A stretch of 64,000 nucleotides of DNA from Eledone cirrhosa (GCA_964016885.1 OZ024748.1:38626001-38690000), one strand, 5' to 3'. Positions 1 to 16,356 are shown, counted from the first letter of the stretch. Numbers and translations: made by a program. Notes: generated by a model not told the origin, from the letters alone.

Positions 1-109
1 TTCCTATCTGGGTTTATTTTATGCTGTTGTTTGTTCAAGAGATATGCTGGGTAATGTAGTCAGGGATTCACTACACATAAATAATGGGATAGTCAAGGTT
101 GTCCTTGAT

Positions 110-2165
110 CAAGGTCGACCTGAGACAACACCAACACGAGTACATAATGTCTACCAGATGTACCAGAGTTTCCTCTAAAGCTAAACACCTCCAGTACCAG
201 TGGATGACGTTTAACAGAGGTACCCCAACTCGATCTAAAGCTAAACACCACCACTCACGCAAGATGAGATCTATGAGAGGTACCCACCTCGATCTAAAGA
301 CCACCACCAACACAAGATGAGGTCTATGAGAGGGACCCCACCTCGATCTAAACACCACCACCCACACAAGATGAGGTGTATAAGAGGTACCCCACCTCGA
401 TCTAAACACCACCAGCCACACAAGATGAGGTGTATGAGAGGTATCCCACCTCGATCTAAACAGCACCACCAACACTAGATGAGATCTCCAGAGGTACCCC
501 ACCTCGATCTAAACACCATCAACAACACAAGATGAGGTCTACCAGAGGTACCCCACCTCGATCTAAATACCACCAACAACACAAGATGAGGTCTACCAGA
601 GGTACCCCACCTCGATCTAAACACCATCAACAACACAAGATGAGGTCTACCAGAGGTACCCCACCTCGATCTAAATACCACCAACAACACAAGATGAGGT
701 CTACCAGAGGTACCCCACCTCGATCTAAACACCATCAACAACACAAGATGAGGTCTACCAGAGGTACCCCACCTCGATCTAAATACCATCAACAACACAA
801 GATGAGGTCTACCAGAGGTACCCCACCTCGATCTAAACACCATCAACAACACAAGATGAGGTCTACCAGAGGTACCCCACCTCGATCTAAACACCATCAA
901 CAACACAAGATGAGGTCTACCAGAGGTACCCCACCTCGATCTAAACACCATCAACAACACAAGATGAGGTCTACCAGAGGTACCCCACCTCGATCTAAAC
1001 ATCATCAACAACACAAGATGAGGTCTACCAGAGGTACCCACCTCGATCTAAACACCATCAAAAACACAAGATGAGGTCTACTAGAGGTACCCCACCTCGA
1101 TCGAAACACCATCAACAACACAAGATGAGGTCTACCAGAGGTACCCCACCTCGATCTAAACACCATCAACAACACAAGATGAGGTCTACCAGAGGTACCC
1201 CACCTCGATCTAAATACCATCAACAACACAAGATGAGGTCTACCAGAGGTACCCACCTCTATCTAAACACCATCAAAAACACAAGATGAGGTCTACTAGA
1301 GGTACCCCACCTCGATAAACACCATCAACAACACAAGATGAGGTCTCCAGAGGTACCCCACCTCGATCTAAACACCATCAACAACACAAGATGAGGTCTA
1401 CCAGAGGTACCCCACCTCGATCTAAACACCATCAACAACACAAGATGAGGTCTACCAGAGGTACCCCACCTCGATCTAAACATCATCAACAACACAAGAT
1501 GAGGTCTACCAGAGGTACCCCACCTCGATCTAAACACCATCAACAACACAAGATGAGGTCTACCAGAGGTACGCCACCTCGATCTAAACACCATCAACAA
1601 CACAAGATGAGGTCTACCAGAGGTACCCCACCTCGATCTAAACATCATCAACAACACAAGATGAGGTCTACCAGAGGTACCCCACCTCGATCTAAACACC
1701 ATCAACAACACAAGATGAGGTCTACCAGAGGTACCCCACCACGATCTAAACACCATCAACAACACAAGATGAGGTCTACCAGAGGTACCCCACCTCGATC
1801 TAAACACCATCAAAAACACAAGATGAGGTCTACCAGAGGTACCCCACCTCGATCTAAACACCATCAACAACACAAGATGAGGTCTCCAGAGGTACCCCAC
1901 CTCGATCTAAACACCATCAACAACACAAGATGAGGTCTACCAGAGGTACCCCACCACGATCTAAACACCATCAACAACACAAGATGAGGTCTACCAGAGG
2001 TACCCCACCTCGATCTAAACACCATCAAAAACACAAGATGAGGTCTACCAGAGGTACCCCACCTCGATCTAAACACCATCAACAACACAAGATGAGGTCT
2101 CCAGAGGTACCCCACCTCGATCTAAACACCATCAACAACACAAGATGAGGTCTCCAGAGGTACCA
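110..2165. repeat. 54-bp tandem satellite (~38 copies)
   Basis: Unit GATGAGGTCTACCAGAGGTACCCCACCTCGATCTAAACACCATCAACAACACAA. Homogeneous from ~500 to 2160 and degenerate toward the 5' edge. Confidence 0.95.
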
Positions 2166-2824
2166 CACTTCATTCATTATTTTGATGGTGTAGAATAAAA
2201 CTGTTTCCAGCGATATAAAATCGAGAATGATCTGTTGTTTTAAAACGGAGATGATAAAAGGTCAGAGATAAATATCACAAAGTCTATTTCATTGGATGCT
2301 CTACTGATTCTTCCCTTCCATCACCTTAACTTATTAATAACACATCTGACATTACGTAGGTATCTTTCTATTTGCAGAAATCCAGGGAAAGTTACACGCA
2401 ATAATGTCAGCGATGTAAGACGTAATAACATGGAAGTTTTTAGAATTCAGAATATATATATATATATATATGCATACATACACATATATATATACATACA
2501 TACATACATATATATGCATACAGACATATATATATATACACACACACACATATATACATACACACATATATATATATTTTCTATATATATATGTATGTGT
2601 GTGTTTGAATGTATATATATTTGTGTCTAAGCTTGAGCACATATATGTATATATATGTATATGTATGTATGTATGTATGTGAATTTGTATGTATGTATGT
2701 ATGTATATTTGTGTGTCTAAGCTTGGGCATATATATGTTTATGTATGTGAATGTGTGTGGGTACATACGAAAATATATATTTGAACCACACATTTGCTGA
2801 CATTTGCATGAGATCTGCCTTCGA

Positions 2825-2899
<75 letters not shown>

Positions 2900-3336
2900 T
2901 ATACACACTCGTACAAAGAAACGTAATGTGAAAGTGTAAATAAAAAACTTTGGCGTGTGTGTCAGAGAGAGAGAGAGAGGGAGGGGCGGAGAGAGGGAGA
3001 GAAATAAGAGAATGATAGAACGTTAGCTATATGGATGGATGGATGGATATATAGAGAGGTAGACAGACAGATAGATAGATATAGAGATAGATATATATGT
3101 TTCTTTATTAGCCACAGGGGCACAAAAGAAGGGGACAAATACAAAGGGGGAAGTTTACATACAATAAAAACGTGTAAAATGTTATCACAAATGCAATTTA
3201 AAAAATTAGTCGATTTTCTCCAATAGGGGGAGATAGTTCATATGGGTAACACATACCCCCGAAAAAATGTGAAACCCTCATCTCCAGGAGTACGAAGAGT
3301 TTGTACTCCTTTCTTCTCCTCCTCCTTTTCCTCAAC

Positions 3337-6300
3337 CTACAGGCTGATATAGAGAGAAGACCCATTCACTCGAGCCATTCTCGCCACTTTCACCCACCTT
3401 TCATAAAACTTGCTGGGGTAGAGCACCTCTCTCTCCATCCTGATTCTTCTTCCAAAGTGGTATTTGAAAAAAAGAATCAGTTGTTGGCCGGAGAGAAAGG
3501 TGTCTAACCTCAGCCCTTTCAACCTTGTCCACCATACAACCTCCTTCGCCATAGCTATCACACAGAGGAAAACCGCCTCTCCTTCGTTTTTGAAGGAGGG
3601 TGGCGGTTTGATCATGACAATGGACTCGGTGGTCAACCGGATTGGTCCCACCCGCAACAATAATCGTTCTACATAGCCCCACAGGTCAGTGACGCCCGGT
3701 TTCTTCGTCTCGCACGTACCTCGGACAGATCTTTTTTGCAGGGTCCCTGCCGGGGCGTCCATGTCTGTAGAGCTTGTCTCGAACTGGTAGAGCTCCTCGG
3801 TAGCACTGCCAGGCCAGGGACTTTTGGAAGTTGTCCATCGGTCCCGGGCGGAAGGTCCTACCGAACAAACTGGCCAGTTCATCTTCCTCTACGCCTAGAG
3901 TTTCACCGAGCGCGTCGTCGTACTTGCTGCGGATCAACCCTCTATAGAATGACGAAGTGGAGTCTCCACTGATCGCCGGGTCCGCCTGCCAGAGAGCTGT
4001 GAGCGCCTGAGCACATTCGATGTGCCAGTCGCCCATTTTCCTCGGTTTTGCTTGACCCAGGACTGCAGCTCGGTCAGCGAGACGAGTCGTGGGAAGGCTC
4101 GCCTCACGAACGGGGCCCACACCGGTTGTCCGGTGAGGAATACGTAGAGATGCCTCACCCTGATCGCGTGTTTGCGCATCGTCAACCACGGCATCCCCAG
4201 CCCTCCGTTAGAAGGGTGTTGGCAGCAGATGGATCTTCTCACCAAAGGAGCCCGCCTCTTCCAAAGGAATCGGAAGAGCGCGCGCTCCATTTTGGCGAGC
4301 GTTTGGGCTGGACAAGGCACGACGGTCAAGCGGTAGTAGATGGCGGACGCTATAATAGTGTTCGCCACCTCCGCTCGACCTTTCAAGGATAGTTTGCACT
4401 CGTCCCACTTCTGGGTGAGTGCAAACACCTTGGCCGTCACTTCGTTCCAGTTCTTCTCCCCCTGGAGGTCCGGACCAAACCAGACCCCGAGCATCTTTAC
4501 CGGTCCTTCCGTCCAGCGTCCGACGACGCCATCGAAAGGCATCGGTTTGCCTCTCCACGATCCGAGTTGCAAACCGATGGACTTGTCCCGGTTCAGCTTC
4601 GCTCCTGTGAAACTTTCGTATTCCTTCAGTAAGGTGCCGACTTCCTCGATCTGCGAGGCGCTCGACACCATTACTGTCACGTCGTAGGCCGACGTCGCTT
4701 TCCGCAGTCCCGGTTCCAGAGGGATGCCCTGCAATAGCTCCAGCTTCCGCAGTAGTGGCTCGAGAGTCAGTACGTAAGAAGGGAGGAGAGAAGGCATCCC
4801 TGTCGAATGGATCGCGGAATATGGAACGGATCCGAGAGGTAGCCGTTCACCTTGACCCTTGAGCAGATGTTGCTGTTGTGCATTGCAGCAATCCAGCCCC
4901 TGAAAACGGGTCCGAGGCCTGCCGCCTCGAGCACCGCATCCAGGTAACGATGGTTAACCCTATCGAAAGCCTTAGACTGATCCAAGTTGATCAGGGCCCC
5001 ACCGAAGCCGGGTTTACACCCTACCCTCTCTATGATGTATCGCATGAGGTGGAGGTTGTCGTGTATGGACCTGGTCGGGATTGCGCATGTCTGCGCTTCT
5101 CCCACCAGGTTCTCGACGACAGCGCCAGCCTCTTTGCCAACACCTTGGCCAAAATCTGTAACTCTGTGTTTAGCAGAGTTATGGGCCGGAAGATGCCTAT
5201 GTCATGCCCCTTATTCTCGTCCTTCCTGATTAGTGTGACCACGCCTCCGGTTACAGAACTGGGAATTCTCCCGTTCTGTTGCCAGTTGCAGTAGACCGCT
5301 TCCAGGAGACCGGAGAATAAGTCCGGCATTGCTACGTAAAATTCGTAGGGTAGACCGTCGAGACCTGGAGATTTGCGTTGGCCGCATTGGTTCAGCGCGT
5401 CCCCTATCTCAGTGGCTGAAATCGGCTTTTCGCAGAACTTTGCCTCGCTGTCCGAGAGTCGCAGTAGGCCGTCGAGGTATGGACCGAAATCCATAGCCTC
5501 TCCCGGCGCGCCGCCCCTCCCGAACAGTTGAGCAAAGTGCCGCTGAAAAGCCGCACACATCTGCTTCGGCTCACGTATCACGCGTCCGTTTTGGTCCTTC
5601 AAAGACCGAATCGTGGACTTGTTGCCACTTTTTGCCTCCGTCACTCGGGCCCAGCTAATAGCTTTGGCTACCTCGTTTCCCAGAGCACGTATTTTGCTTC
5701 TGACAACGCAGCGCTCGTGCTTTGCGTCGAAGAACTGGTCCAAGGCCGTTCTCGTTGCTAGCACGCTGGCTACGTTGCCACTTCTAATTGCCTCTTCTAC
5801 TTTATCTACCAGTTCCTTCTCGGTTCTATTTCTATCTAACGCTAATTCTTTACTAAAAACTATCGAGTCTAATCTAACTGCCCTCTTGAGAGAGTACCAC
5901 CATCTGTTGTTGACAATGGCCCCTGTCGAATGCTGTTTAACTAAAGTGCTAATCCGTCTACTGTAGGCTTCCAGTAGCCGGGTCCTTGTCTATGGGTTTT
6001 ATCAAGGTTGGCCATGCAGGTCACTAGTTTGTGATCTGAATAGGCAACCATGAACATTTGTGGACAGCTTAACATGTCCCTATCCTTATTTATATCTAGA
6101 ACCCTATCTAGGTACGATCTAGATGTTCCGCTACGATTACTCCACGTCCACAGTGGCGCAGTCGGAAAATCTAGTCGATATCTATCGGCCAGGTCAAATC
6201 GGTCGATTAACTGTTTGAGGCTGTTACACCCCCCCCTTTATCGAGACATGCTCCCACATAGTCCCAACGTGCATCTAGGATTCCATTCCAGTCCCCCACT

Positions 6301-6712
6301 GAAAGCAAGGAGCGGGACGTTCCCAGAAAAGTCTCTAGACGTTTGAAGAAGTCTGGCCGCGGTGTCCCGGATGGGGCATATACAGCCACCAGCCTGAAGG
6401 CTCCACCTTCACTACCCTCAACGTCTAGGACCACCAGTCGACCCTCTGGGTCCAGATATACCGTCTGTGTTACGAGGCCCAGGTGTTTCCGCAGCAAAAC
6501 AGCAACTCCGCCCCCACCCCCAGTTGACAGAGAGATGCGTAGATCTCAAAGTCATCGAAGATGGGGGCCAGCTGTCGCTCGCTTTTGATCCTGGACTCGC
6601 AAATGGCTACCACATCCATACTGTGCGACCTGAGGTCGTTTAAGAGTTTGCCCTGTTTTCAGGGCATCCCCAGGCCGCGTACGTTCACACATCCAACTCT
6701 TATATTGGCCAT
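3337..6712 (-). pseudogene. Tx1 ORF2 (AP endonuclease + reverse transcriptase + zinc finger), disrupted
   Basis: Start MANIRVGCVNVRGL at 6712. Motifs VYAP, GDWN, SPGLDGLP, FRPITLLN, LDQSKAFDRV, IRQGC. YADD is reduced to AYDV by a 6-bp deletion. Several frameshifts. Confidence 0.92.
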
Positions 6713-6743
6713 GTTGGTGCTGAAAAGTTAAAAGAGGAAGAGA

Positions 6744-8644
6744 TCACTCACCCTTCGTCTCCTGGGGACCAGGCCGCACGATTTCCATGGGGGTATTGGA
6801 GGGATTGTCTGGATGGGTGGTGCTTTCCGGCGGGGTGGGGACGGAAATGGTTGGTGGGGTGGGGTCTGGTGGAATGGGGGTGTCTGGGGTGGGGAGACAT
6901 TTGAGAAGGACTCGGTTGAGTGGTTTCACGCAGGAATTCCCCACATCCTTCTCAAATGTTTCTTTTAGGGACCTATAAGTTTGTATAGGGACCCTAATCA
7001 GTTTTAGGTTTAGTTTTTTGCTATTTTTAATAGAGTGGGCGAAAGTTTTCCCTTCGGTGAAAACCGAAGGGTCGTTCGTGATGGTCTCCATTAGTGTTTT
7101 GTTTTCAGTGTTTATGTAAGTGTAAGTGTAATTTTCTTGTGCTGTGTTTGTTTTTGTCTGTAGTTCTTGTGTGTGCTTTCGTTTTGTTGTAGGTATTTTG
7201 TTTTCAGGAGGTGGGGGTTTTGTTTGTGATGTTTTTGTTGTTTGTGTTGGTGGTGGTATGTTTGTGGTAGTGTTTGCTGTTTTTTTGCTTTTGTGATGTC
7301 TTTTCTTTCTTTTCGAGCGATGGGGTTCTCCCTCGTTTTCACTGGGTGATGGCGAGATAGCCTCATCTGTTGTATCGTCTGTGTGATTGGGGAGGGGTAT
7401 GTCTTGGGGAGCTGTTGTGTCTGTATGTGATTTTGCAGTGGTTTTAGGTGGAGTGGGGTTGTGTGGGACTGTGTTTGTTGTGGTTATTTTTGTGTGTTGG
7501 TGTTGTTGTTGTTGTGATGGTGTTGGTGGTTGTGTTGTTTTGATGGGTGTCGGCAGAAGAGCCTTTTTTTATTCATTAATTTAGGACAGGAAGCCCTCAG
7601 GTGACCCCTGCTAAAGCAATGGTAACATGAAGGCCACCTACCCTCAACCGTGAATCCGTCCAGGAGTACACGTTGTGGGATCATAGCTATTCGCTCTGGG
7701 CTCATTTGCACCAGAACTTCAATGCTAGTCCCATTGAATACATCTCTGGGGGACTTTCCTACTGACAGTATTCTATCTTCATCAAAATTGATGAAGCCGC
7801 ACAGCATCCACCATATGTTCACCTTTGGTGTGACACTCGTGATTTTGATCTTTTGTGTCCTTTTTCCCATGTATGTAGGGAAAAAGGTGTACAGGTTGGA
7901 TACAATTGGCGACACAGAGTAATTTTGGGCCGTCAATTGATCCTTCATGAGTACCGAAATACTCCCCAAAAGTTTGCTTCTTTGAATGAATGCAATATCA
8001 TTCATTGAATTTTTGAAAACCAGTTCAATTTCTTTCTGTGACAATTGGACTGGTTTTCGGGTAGAATTGGAAACTGTCCTAAAATTATCGTTTTGAGAGC
8101 AGTTTCCTTGCGAATTTCTACCGGAGAATTGATGCTGAACGCACCATTTTTTTTCGAAAGTGACATATCTCCTAGCGTCCTTTAAAAGTTGTTCAGCATT
8201 TGTTATGTCGAGAATTATCAGTTCCTCCTTTTTTTGAACTGTCTCTGCAAAGGAGAATTTTTGGTTTCTTGGTGGAATTATCCGTGTTGGTGGCGTTGTC
8301 ATTATTGTTGTTATTGTTGTTATTCTTGTTGTCACCGATGTTGATATTATTCGTATTTTCCTTGGTGTTGTTGTTGTCTTTGATGCTGGTGTTATTGGTG
8401 TTGTCTTTATTTTTTCTTTGTTGTTGTTATCATTGTTGTTTTCATCATTATTATTGGTGTTGCTGTTATTTTTGTTGTCATTGAACTGTTTGGTGTCATT
8501 TGTGTTGTTTGGATATGAATTTGTTTTTGTATTTTCATTTCGTCTTTCCATCTCTATAGTATCTAGTGAAGAAGACGATGTTGACTGCGAGCTTTGTAGT
8601 CTTACCGCCTCTCCAACACCATTATCGTTGGACGCAGCGTTCAT
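6744..8644 (-). pseudogene. Tx1 ORF1 (gag-like, CCHC zinc knuckle), frameshifted
   Basis: CYHCFSRGHLRASC knuckle in ORF 7484..8644. Asn/Thr and Pro-rich low-complexity segments. Stop lies ~30 nt before the ORF2 ATG. Confidence 0.8.
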
Positions 8645-8864
8645 AACGTAATCAAACTTTTACAATATTTTTTCCAAGATTCGATGGACAAAAAATTTTT
8701 CAAACGGATATTTCGCCCCATGTAGGGGCGAAAATGAGTTGACCCACCACCTGAAGGTCCAGACGGGGGGTCAAGTTACACAATAATATAAAATTTAACT
8801 GAAAACTCACGTTTTTTTCTTACATAAATTAACGGAAACTTCTCCGCGAAGTGACACACGTTTG

Positions 8865-8876
8865 ATAGAGAGAGAG

Positions 8877-8953
<77 letters not shown>

Positions 8954-8980
8954 TATAGATAGATAGATAGATAGATAGAT
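8865..8980. repeat. (GATA)n microsatellite flanking the Tx1 5' end
   Basis: Direct reading of the sequence. Confidence 0.95.
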
Positions 8981-9286
8981 GAGGAATAAAGAAAGAAAGC
9001 AAGAAAGCCAAGAAAGAGTAAGGGTTGAGAGAAACAGTGAGAGAGAGAGAGAGAGTAAGTGTTGAGTGAGAGAGTGTGTGTGTTGAGTGTGTGAGAGAGT
9101 AAGTGTTGATAGTGTGAGAGAGAGTAAGTGTTAAGAGTGAGAGAGAGAATGTGTGATATTAAACGTTTCTTCAGACTTGAGAGTTAATTTGGAGATATCA
9201 CATTATGATACCGTGTTTATAGTTTATCACAGTTGGGTGAGTTGCTATAGCAACTGCTGCTTTTTGGCAGTTCATTGATCATTAAT

Positions 9287-9470
9287 TTGGCAGTATCGGT
9301 AGAGGGTCGGAAGCCATGCTTTGATGCATAGAGTTACGGCCATTGCCATTCTGAGTTCAAATCCCGCCGAGGTTAACTTTGCCTTTCATCCTTACGGAGT
9401 CGATAAAATAAAGTACCAGTAATGCACTGGGAAGATTGCTGGCCTTGTGCCAAAAGTAGAAACAATTAAT
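9287..9470 (+). mobile_element. tRNA-derived SINE
   Basis: A box TGGCAGTATCGG, B box GAGTTCAAATCC, core GCCTTTCATCCTTACGGGGTCGATAAAATAAAGTACCAG (recalled as MetaSINE-like, unverified), tail AGTAGAAACAATTA. Confidence 0.88.
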
Positions 9471-9478
9471 GTATCTAA

Positions 9479-9665
9479 CGGTGAATTGGCAGTATCGGTA
9501 GAGGGTTGGACGCCATGCTTTCTAGCATAGTTATGTCCCTTTACATTCTGAGTTCAAATCCCGCCGAGGTTAATTTGCCTTTCATCCTTACGGGGCCGAT
9601 AAAATAAAGTACCAGTAATGTACTGAATGATTTCTGGCCTTGTGCCTAAAAGTAGAAATAATTAA
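9479..9665 (+). mobile_element. tRNA-derived SINE inserted in the tail of the previous copy
   Basis: Same family. ATTAATGTATCTAA is duplicated on both sides (probable TSD). Confidence 0.88.
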
Positions 9666-9773
9666 TGTATCTAAGGTTGGTTAAATATACACCCAAGGGT
9701 CTTACCTATATATATATATATATATATCAATGATATTAATAAATGGAAACTATATTTATAAAACCATATATAT

Positions 9774-9829
9774 CCTATTATATATATTTCAAGGGTACCA
9801 AAACTTTGATACGCTCTCATCAGATAAAA
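9774..9829 (-). ncRNA. Hammerhead ribozyme motif, family C
   Basis: ttttat-CTGATGA-gagcgtatcaaagttttggtaccctt-GAAA-tatata-TA-atagg. Confidence 0.7.
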
Positions 9830-9968
9830 TACAAAGTTTGTTTTATAAATATTGACATATCCAGGAAGGAGATCTTAACGGTTCAAGTTTTTCCTGGATA
9901 GGAGTGCTTCGAATCAGTTATAAATATATATATTTGTTGAATTACCAACGAAATAAATATCCCATTTG

Positions 9969-10050
<82 letters not shown>

Positions 10051-10092
10051 CAAAAGGGATATTTAATTCGTTGGTAATTCAACAAATATATA

Positions 10093-10132
<40 letters not shown>

Positions 10133-10573
10133 AAAACATGTATAGATAAACGTGGATATATATATATATATGTGTGTGTGTATGTGTGTGTTTATATCAA
10201 TATATGTATTTATGTATTTATGTTTATAAATTTTTCGTGCGTATACATATAGCTAAATATGATGAATGTCTATAAAATATCAATATGTATCAATCTATTG
10301 ACTTATTAAAAAATATAAATATTCATATACATGTGTATATATATAAGAACACATACACACACACTGATTGAGGTACAAGGCCAACAATTGGTGGGGGGGG
10401 GGGTCGATTGAAGCCACCCCAGTGCATAACTGGTACTTTATCATTATTACCATTTGCTTCTTAAGGATATTAACTATGGTGAAGTACCAAACATAGAATC
10501 CCACCTTGGTTAGACGGGGACCCAAATATTAGTATTGAGTGCTAAAACTGGTGAACCATTGCTAAATAAACAT

Positions 10574-10606
<33 letters not shown>

Positions 10607-10739
10607 GTATTCACACATTTATGCATATATACATATAGATACAAACATTATCTAATTATCTATATAGTATATACTATATAAATATATATATATATAAACA
10701 ATGAGTTATATGGTTTGTTAATTTACACCAATTATTGTA

Positions 10740-10796
10740 TTTTATCTGACGAAAGCGTATTAAAATATTAGAACCCTTGAAATACGCATAATAAAA
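10740..10796 (+). ncRNA. Hammerhead ribozyme motif, family C
   Basis: TTTTAT-CTGACGA-aagcgtattaaaatattagaaccctt-GAAA-tacgca-TA-ATAAAA. Perfect 6-bp stem I. Confidence 0.7.
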
Positions 10797-10854
10797 CAAA
10801 TATGGTTTTATAAAGATATTTTCCATTTATTAATATTATTGATATATATATATA

Positions 10855-11245
10855 TATTGTTATACTTGGGGAGGGTCATATTGTGGTAATAATATTATTG
10901 CCAGAAATAATAACAGAACACACTCACTGTTGGTTGGTTTTCGCTTCTGCATCTTTTATATCTCCACAGTTAATTCATTCGGTCCTCAATGTTTATCATT
11001 GACTGACCAACGGTCAAAAATACAAATATAATATAGATATAAACACATATATATAGTCTAACAAAGTTCTTTCGTTGACCGTTGGTCAGTCAATGGTAAA
11101 CATTGAGGACCGAATGAATTAACTGTGGAGATATAAAAAATATAGAAGCGAAAACCAACCAAACAGTGAGTGTGTTCTGTTATTTCTGGCAATATTATTA
11201 CAACAATATGACCCTCCCCAAGTATAACAATATTTGTTTCGACAC
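10855..11245. mobile_element. Fold-back element, family D (~160-bp inverted arms)
   Basis: Arms ~10855-11017 and ~11075-11233. Spacer holds the 3' half of the HHR seen intact at 52200. Confidence 0.8.
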
Positions 11246-11639
11246 ACGATTTCATATCAAAAACATCGCAAAACAAATATATATATATACGCATAAACGC
11301 TCACATATATTTATATAACATGTATATGTGTATATATGAGTGTGGGCGGCCATGTGTGTACATTTTTGTCTGAGTCAACTAATAATCTCTATAGATCCGT
11401 GTTAATCTAATGTCTGCCCCATGCTGTTTTTTCAAATCCAGTTGACAAAATGACGACATACTATCTTCCTTCTTCCCTAATTATCTTCATCGTTTGCCTG
11501 ACTGCCAGAATTGACGTATTTACCAGCCATAAAACCTAAATACTCCCGCCAATACCACCAGTATCATGATAACCTCAACTCTCATACTCTAACGTTACTC
11601 TAATGTTACTCTAACGTAACTTCACCAATTTCGCAATCC

Positions 11640-11950
11640 AATAACCATTTCTACTTTACGCACAAGGCCAGCAATTTTGGAGGAGGAGAAAGTCGATTAA
11701 ATCGACCCAGTGTATTACTGGTGTTTTATTTTATCGACCCTGAAAGGATGAAAGGCAAAGCTAAACTCGGCGGCATTTGAACTCAGAACATAAACGGCCA
11801 GAACTCTATACTACAAAGCATTATGTCTGACGCTCTACCGACACTACAGTAACAATAATTGTTTCTACTTTTGGTACAAGGCCAGCAATTACCCCAGTGC
11901 ATTACTGGTGCTTTATTTATCGACTCCGTAAGGATGAAAGACAAAGTTAT
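11640..11950 (-). mobile_element. tRNA-SINE plus an adjacent partial copy
   Basis: Reverse complement of the SINE core and B box. Second 3' half at ~11855-11950. Confidence 0.8.
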
Positions 11951-12181
11951 CCTAGAATGTCGCAAATATAGGACTATCCTAACTGCAATGATGTCATAAC
12001 TGTAGTAATATCTTAGATACAGTAATGTCATAACTAGAAGGATGTCGTTGCTACACTTCTAGTAAATAAATAAATAAATGAATAAATAAATAAATATATA
12101 TATAAGAATGTATATATATAGTGTATTTTACAATACACTTCAGAGCGCCAATATATATATATGTGTGCGTGTGTGTATGTG

Positions 12182-12230
<49 letters not shown>

Positions 12231-12469
12231 TGAATGTGTGCGTGTATATATTATATATGTATATACATATACAGATATATACATGTATATATATATATAT
12301 ACGTGTGTGTGTTTAAAAATGTATTAATTCTTTATACACCCACAAACAGCACACACGTATTTATACATACATATCTATGCACGCATGCATGTTTGTACAT
12401 GTGTATTTATATATATATATATATATGGATCCATGTATGTATTTATATATGTATATATATATATATGTG

Positions 12470-12564
<95 letters not shown>

Positions 12565-12571
12565 GAAAAAA

Positions 12572-12635
<64 letters not shown>

Positions 12636-12638
<3 letters not shown>

Positions 12639-12786
12639 GAATTGTGGTAAGGAACCAGATGGACCATGACACACCAGAGTACTCAATACTTGGGGGAGTA
12701 GAGTGGGAAATAGTAAAAGTATGACCCCGACGGCAGAGTTCAGCCGTTTCGACGGCTATTTCTCGACTGAGTCATACTTTTTCCTA
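12636..12786 (-). mobile_element. Half-hammerhead element, family K, in (TA)n
   Basis: Same ~140-bp body as 21672, 38529, 39820 and 51295, with a short inverted terminal piece. Confidence 0.8.
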
Positions 12787-12837
12787 TATACATACATATA
12801 TATATATATATGGATCCATGTATGTATATATATATGT

Positions 12838-12902
<65 letters not shown>

Positions 12903-13120
12903 TATGTATTGGGATACATACATTAGTTAGTTTTAAGTGCAATGATGCGGTAATAATTGCTACATATTTATAATGAGGAAGTTGGTAACAGTTCTAGGAA
13001 TGTTCAGAATTATAAGTATGTGTTAAGCTTGTTGCATAACCTCCTCGCACACACACATATTTAATGACATAAACACATACTTACGCCATCACACACACAC
13101 ATACACATATATATACACAC

Positions 13121-13153
<33 letters not shown>

Positions 13154-13281
13154 GCCGCCAGAGGCTACTAATTCAAAATTCCATTCGCGTTTCTTATTCG
13201 AATTTAATTTGCAACAATTCATATTACTTCCGTTTCGCTATGTATTATTTCTTCCGTCGTATCTGAGATTCTGTCTAGCAC

Positions 13282-13387
<106 letters not shown>

Positions 13388-13397
13388 CACGCACACA

Positions 13398-13453
<56 letters not shown>

Positions 13454-14162
13454 ACTAGGTGGTTCAGTAGATTCGTGGTTTATGGAGGAAGTTAGCAATG
13501 GCACTCTATGGTAGGGCTGTAAGTATATATCGAAAGCAAAGTAAGGTTTCCCATTAAGGTTATTATTAGGGGGGGAGTCTGATAAAGACCTAATTAGTCA
13601 CATTAGGGTCTGATTAAATATAGTTACGGCTATTTCGCAGTTAGGTTGCTCAGGATCTATATTAATGCTATAGACACGACTCCATCCCGTTCTGCTCTTT
13701 CACTAAAGCGGCATTGGTCAAGCAGGGTGGGCGGTTGAAGTCACTGAAACAAAATAATGGCGTGGTCTCGCAGGGTTAAGTTCGAACACCTTTCTTGCTT
13801 CTAATGAAGTTAGAAAACGAACTCCTTCACCTCACACAACCACACCATGTCACATACCGCCACCATTGACCCTAATATTTTGAGTACGAGAAGCCAACTT
13901 TTTACACGTATCAACTCTTTGGCGGCATATTTGAAGATAACAGAGAAAATGTATAAAAAGAACCCCCTCCGAGTCTATAATCCGTATTCTGCTTTCTCAG
14001 CAAGATATGTTCTCCAAATGTTCAATAATTAAATCATACAAGAATTACATTACTGTGACTCATGTATTTATGCAGTTCTGCTTCAAGAGAAATCACTCCG
14101 TCTATACTTACCACAACTCACTGGTGCCAGCCTTTTGTCAACTTCACAGATTAGAGAACAGT

Positions 14163-14312
<150 letters not shown>

Positions 14313-14375
14313 TACACACATTATATATATATATTTATATAATCTTTCACTCGCTATCGGTCTGTCTATCTATCT

Positions 14376-16205
<1,830 letters not shown>

Positions 16206-16278
16206 TCTCTCGAGGACTTTCAGTTCTAATATGAATGTTGCATCTATAATGAACTGACGATTGCTACATCAACATTAT

Positions 16279-16350
<72 letters not shown>

Positions 16351-16356
<6 letters not shown>

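Larger units (their letters stand above)
3095..8864 (-). mobile_element. Full-length, inactivated Tx1/L1-clade non-LTR retrotransposon
   Basis: 5'UTR, ORF1 with CCHC knuckle, ORF2 with APE-RT-zinc finger. 3' end AATAAAGAAACATAT runs into (ATCT)n. Flanked by (GATA)n/(GA)n on both sides. Confidence 0.93.

Noticed and set aside
71-2148. Repetitive ORFs and CRISPR-like periodicity
   Set aside because: Pure 54-bp tandem repeat with no unique spacers. The ORFs break at single-base indels.
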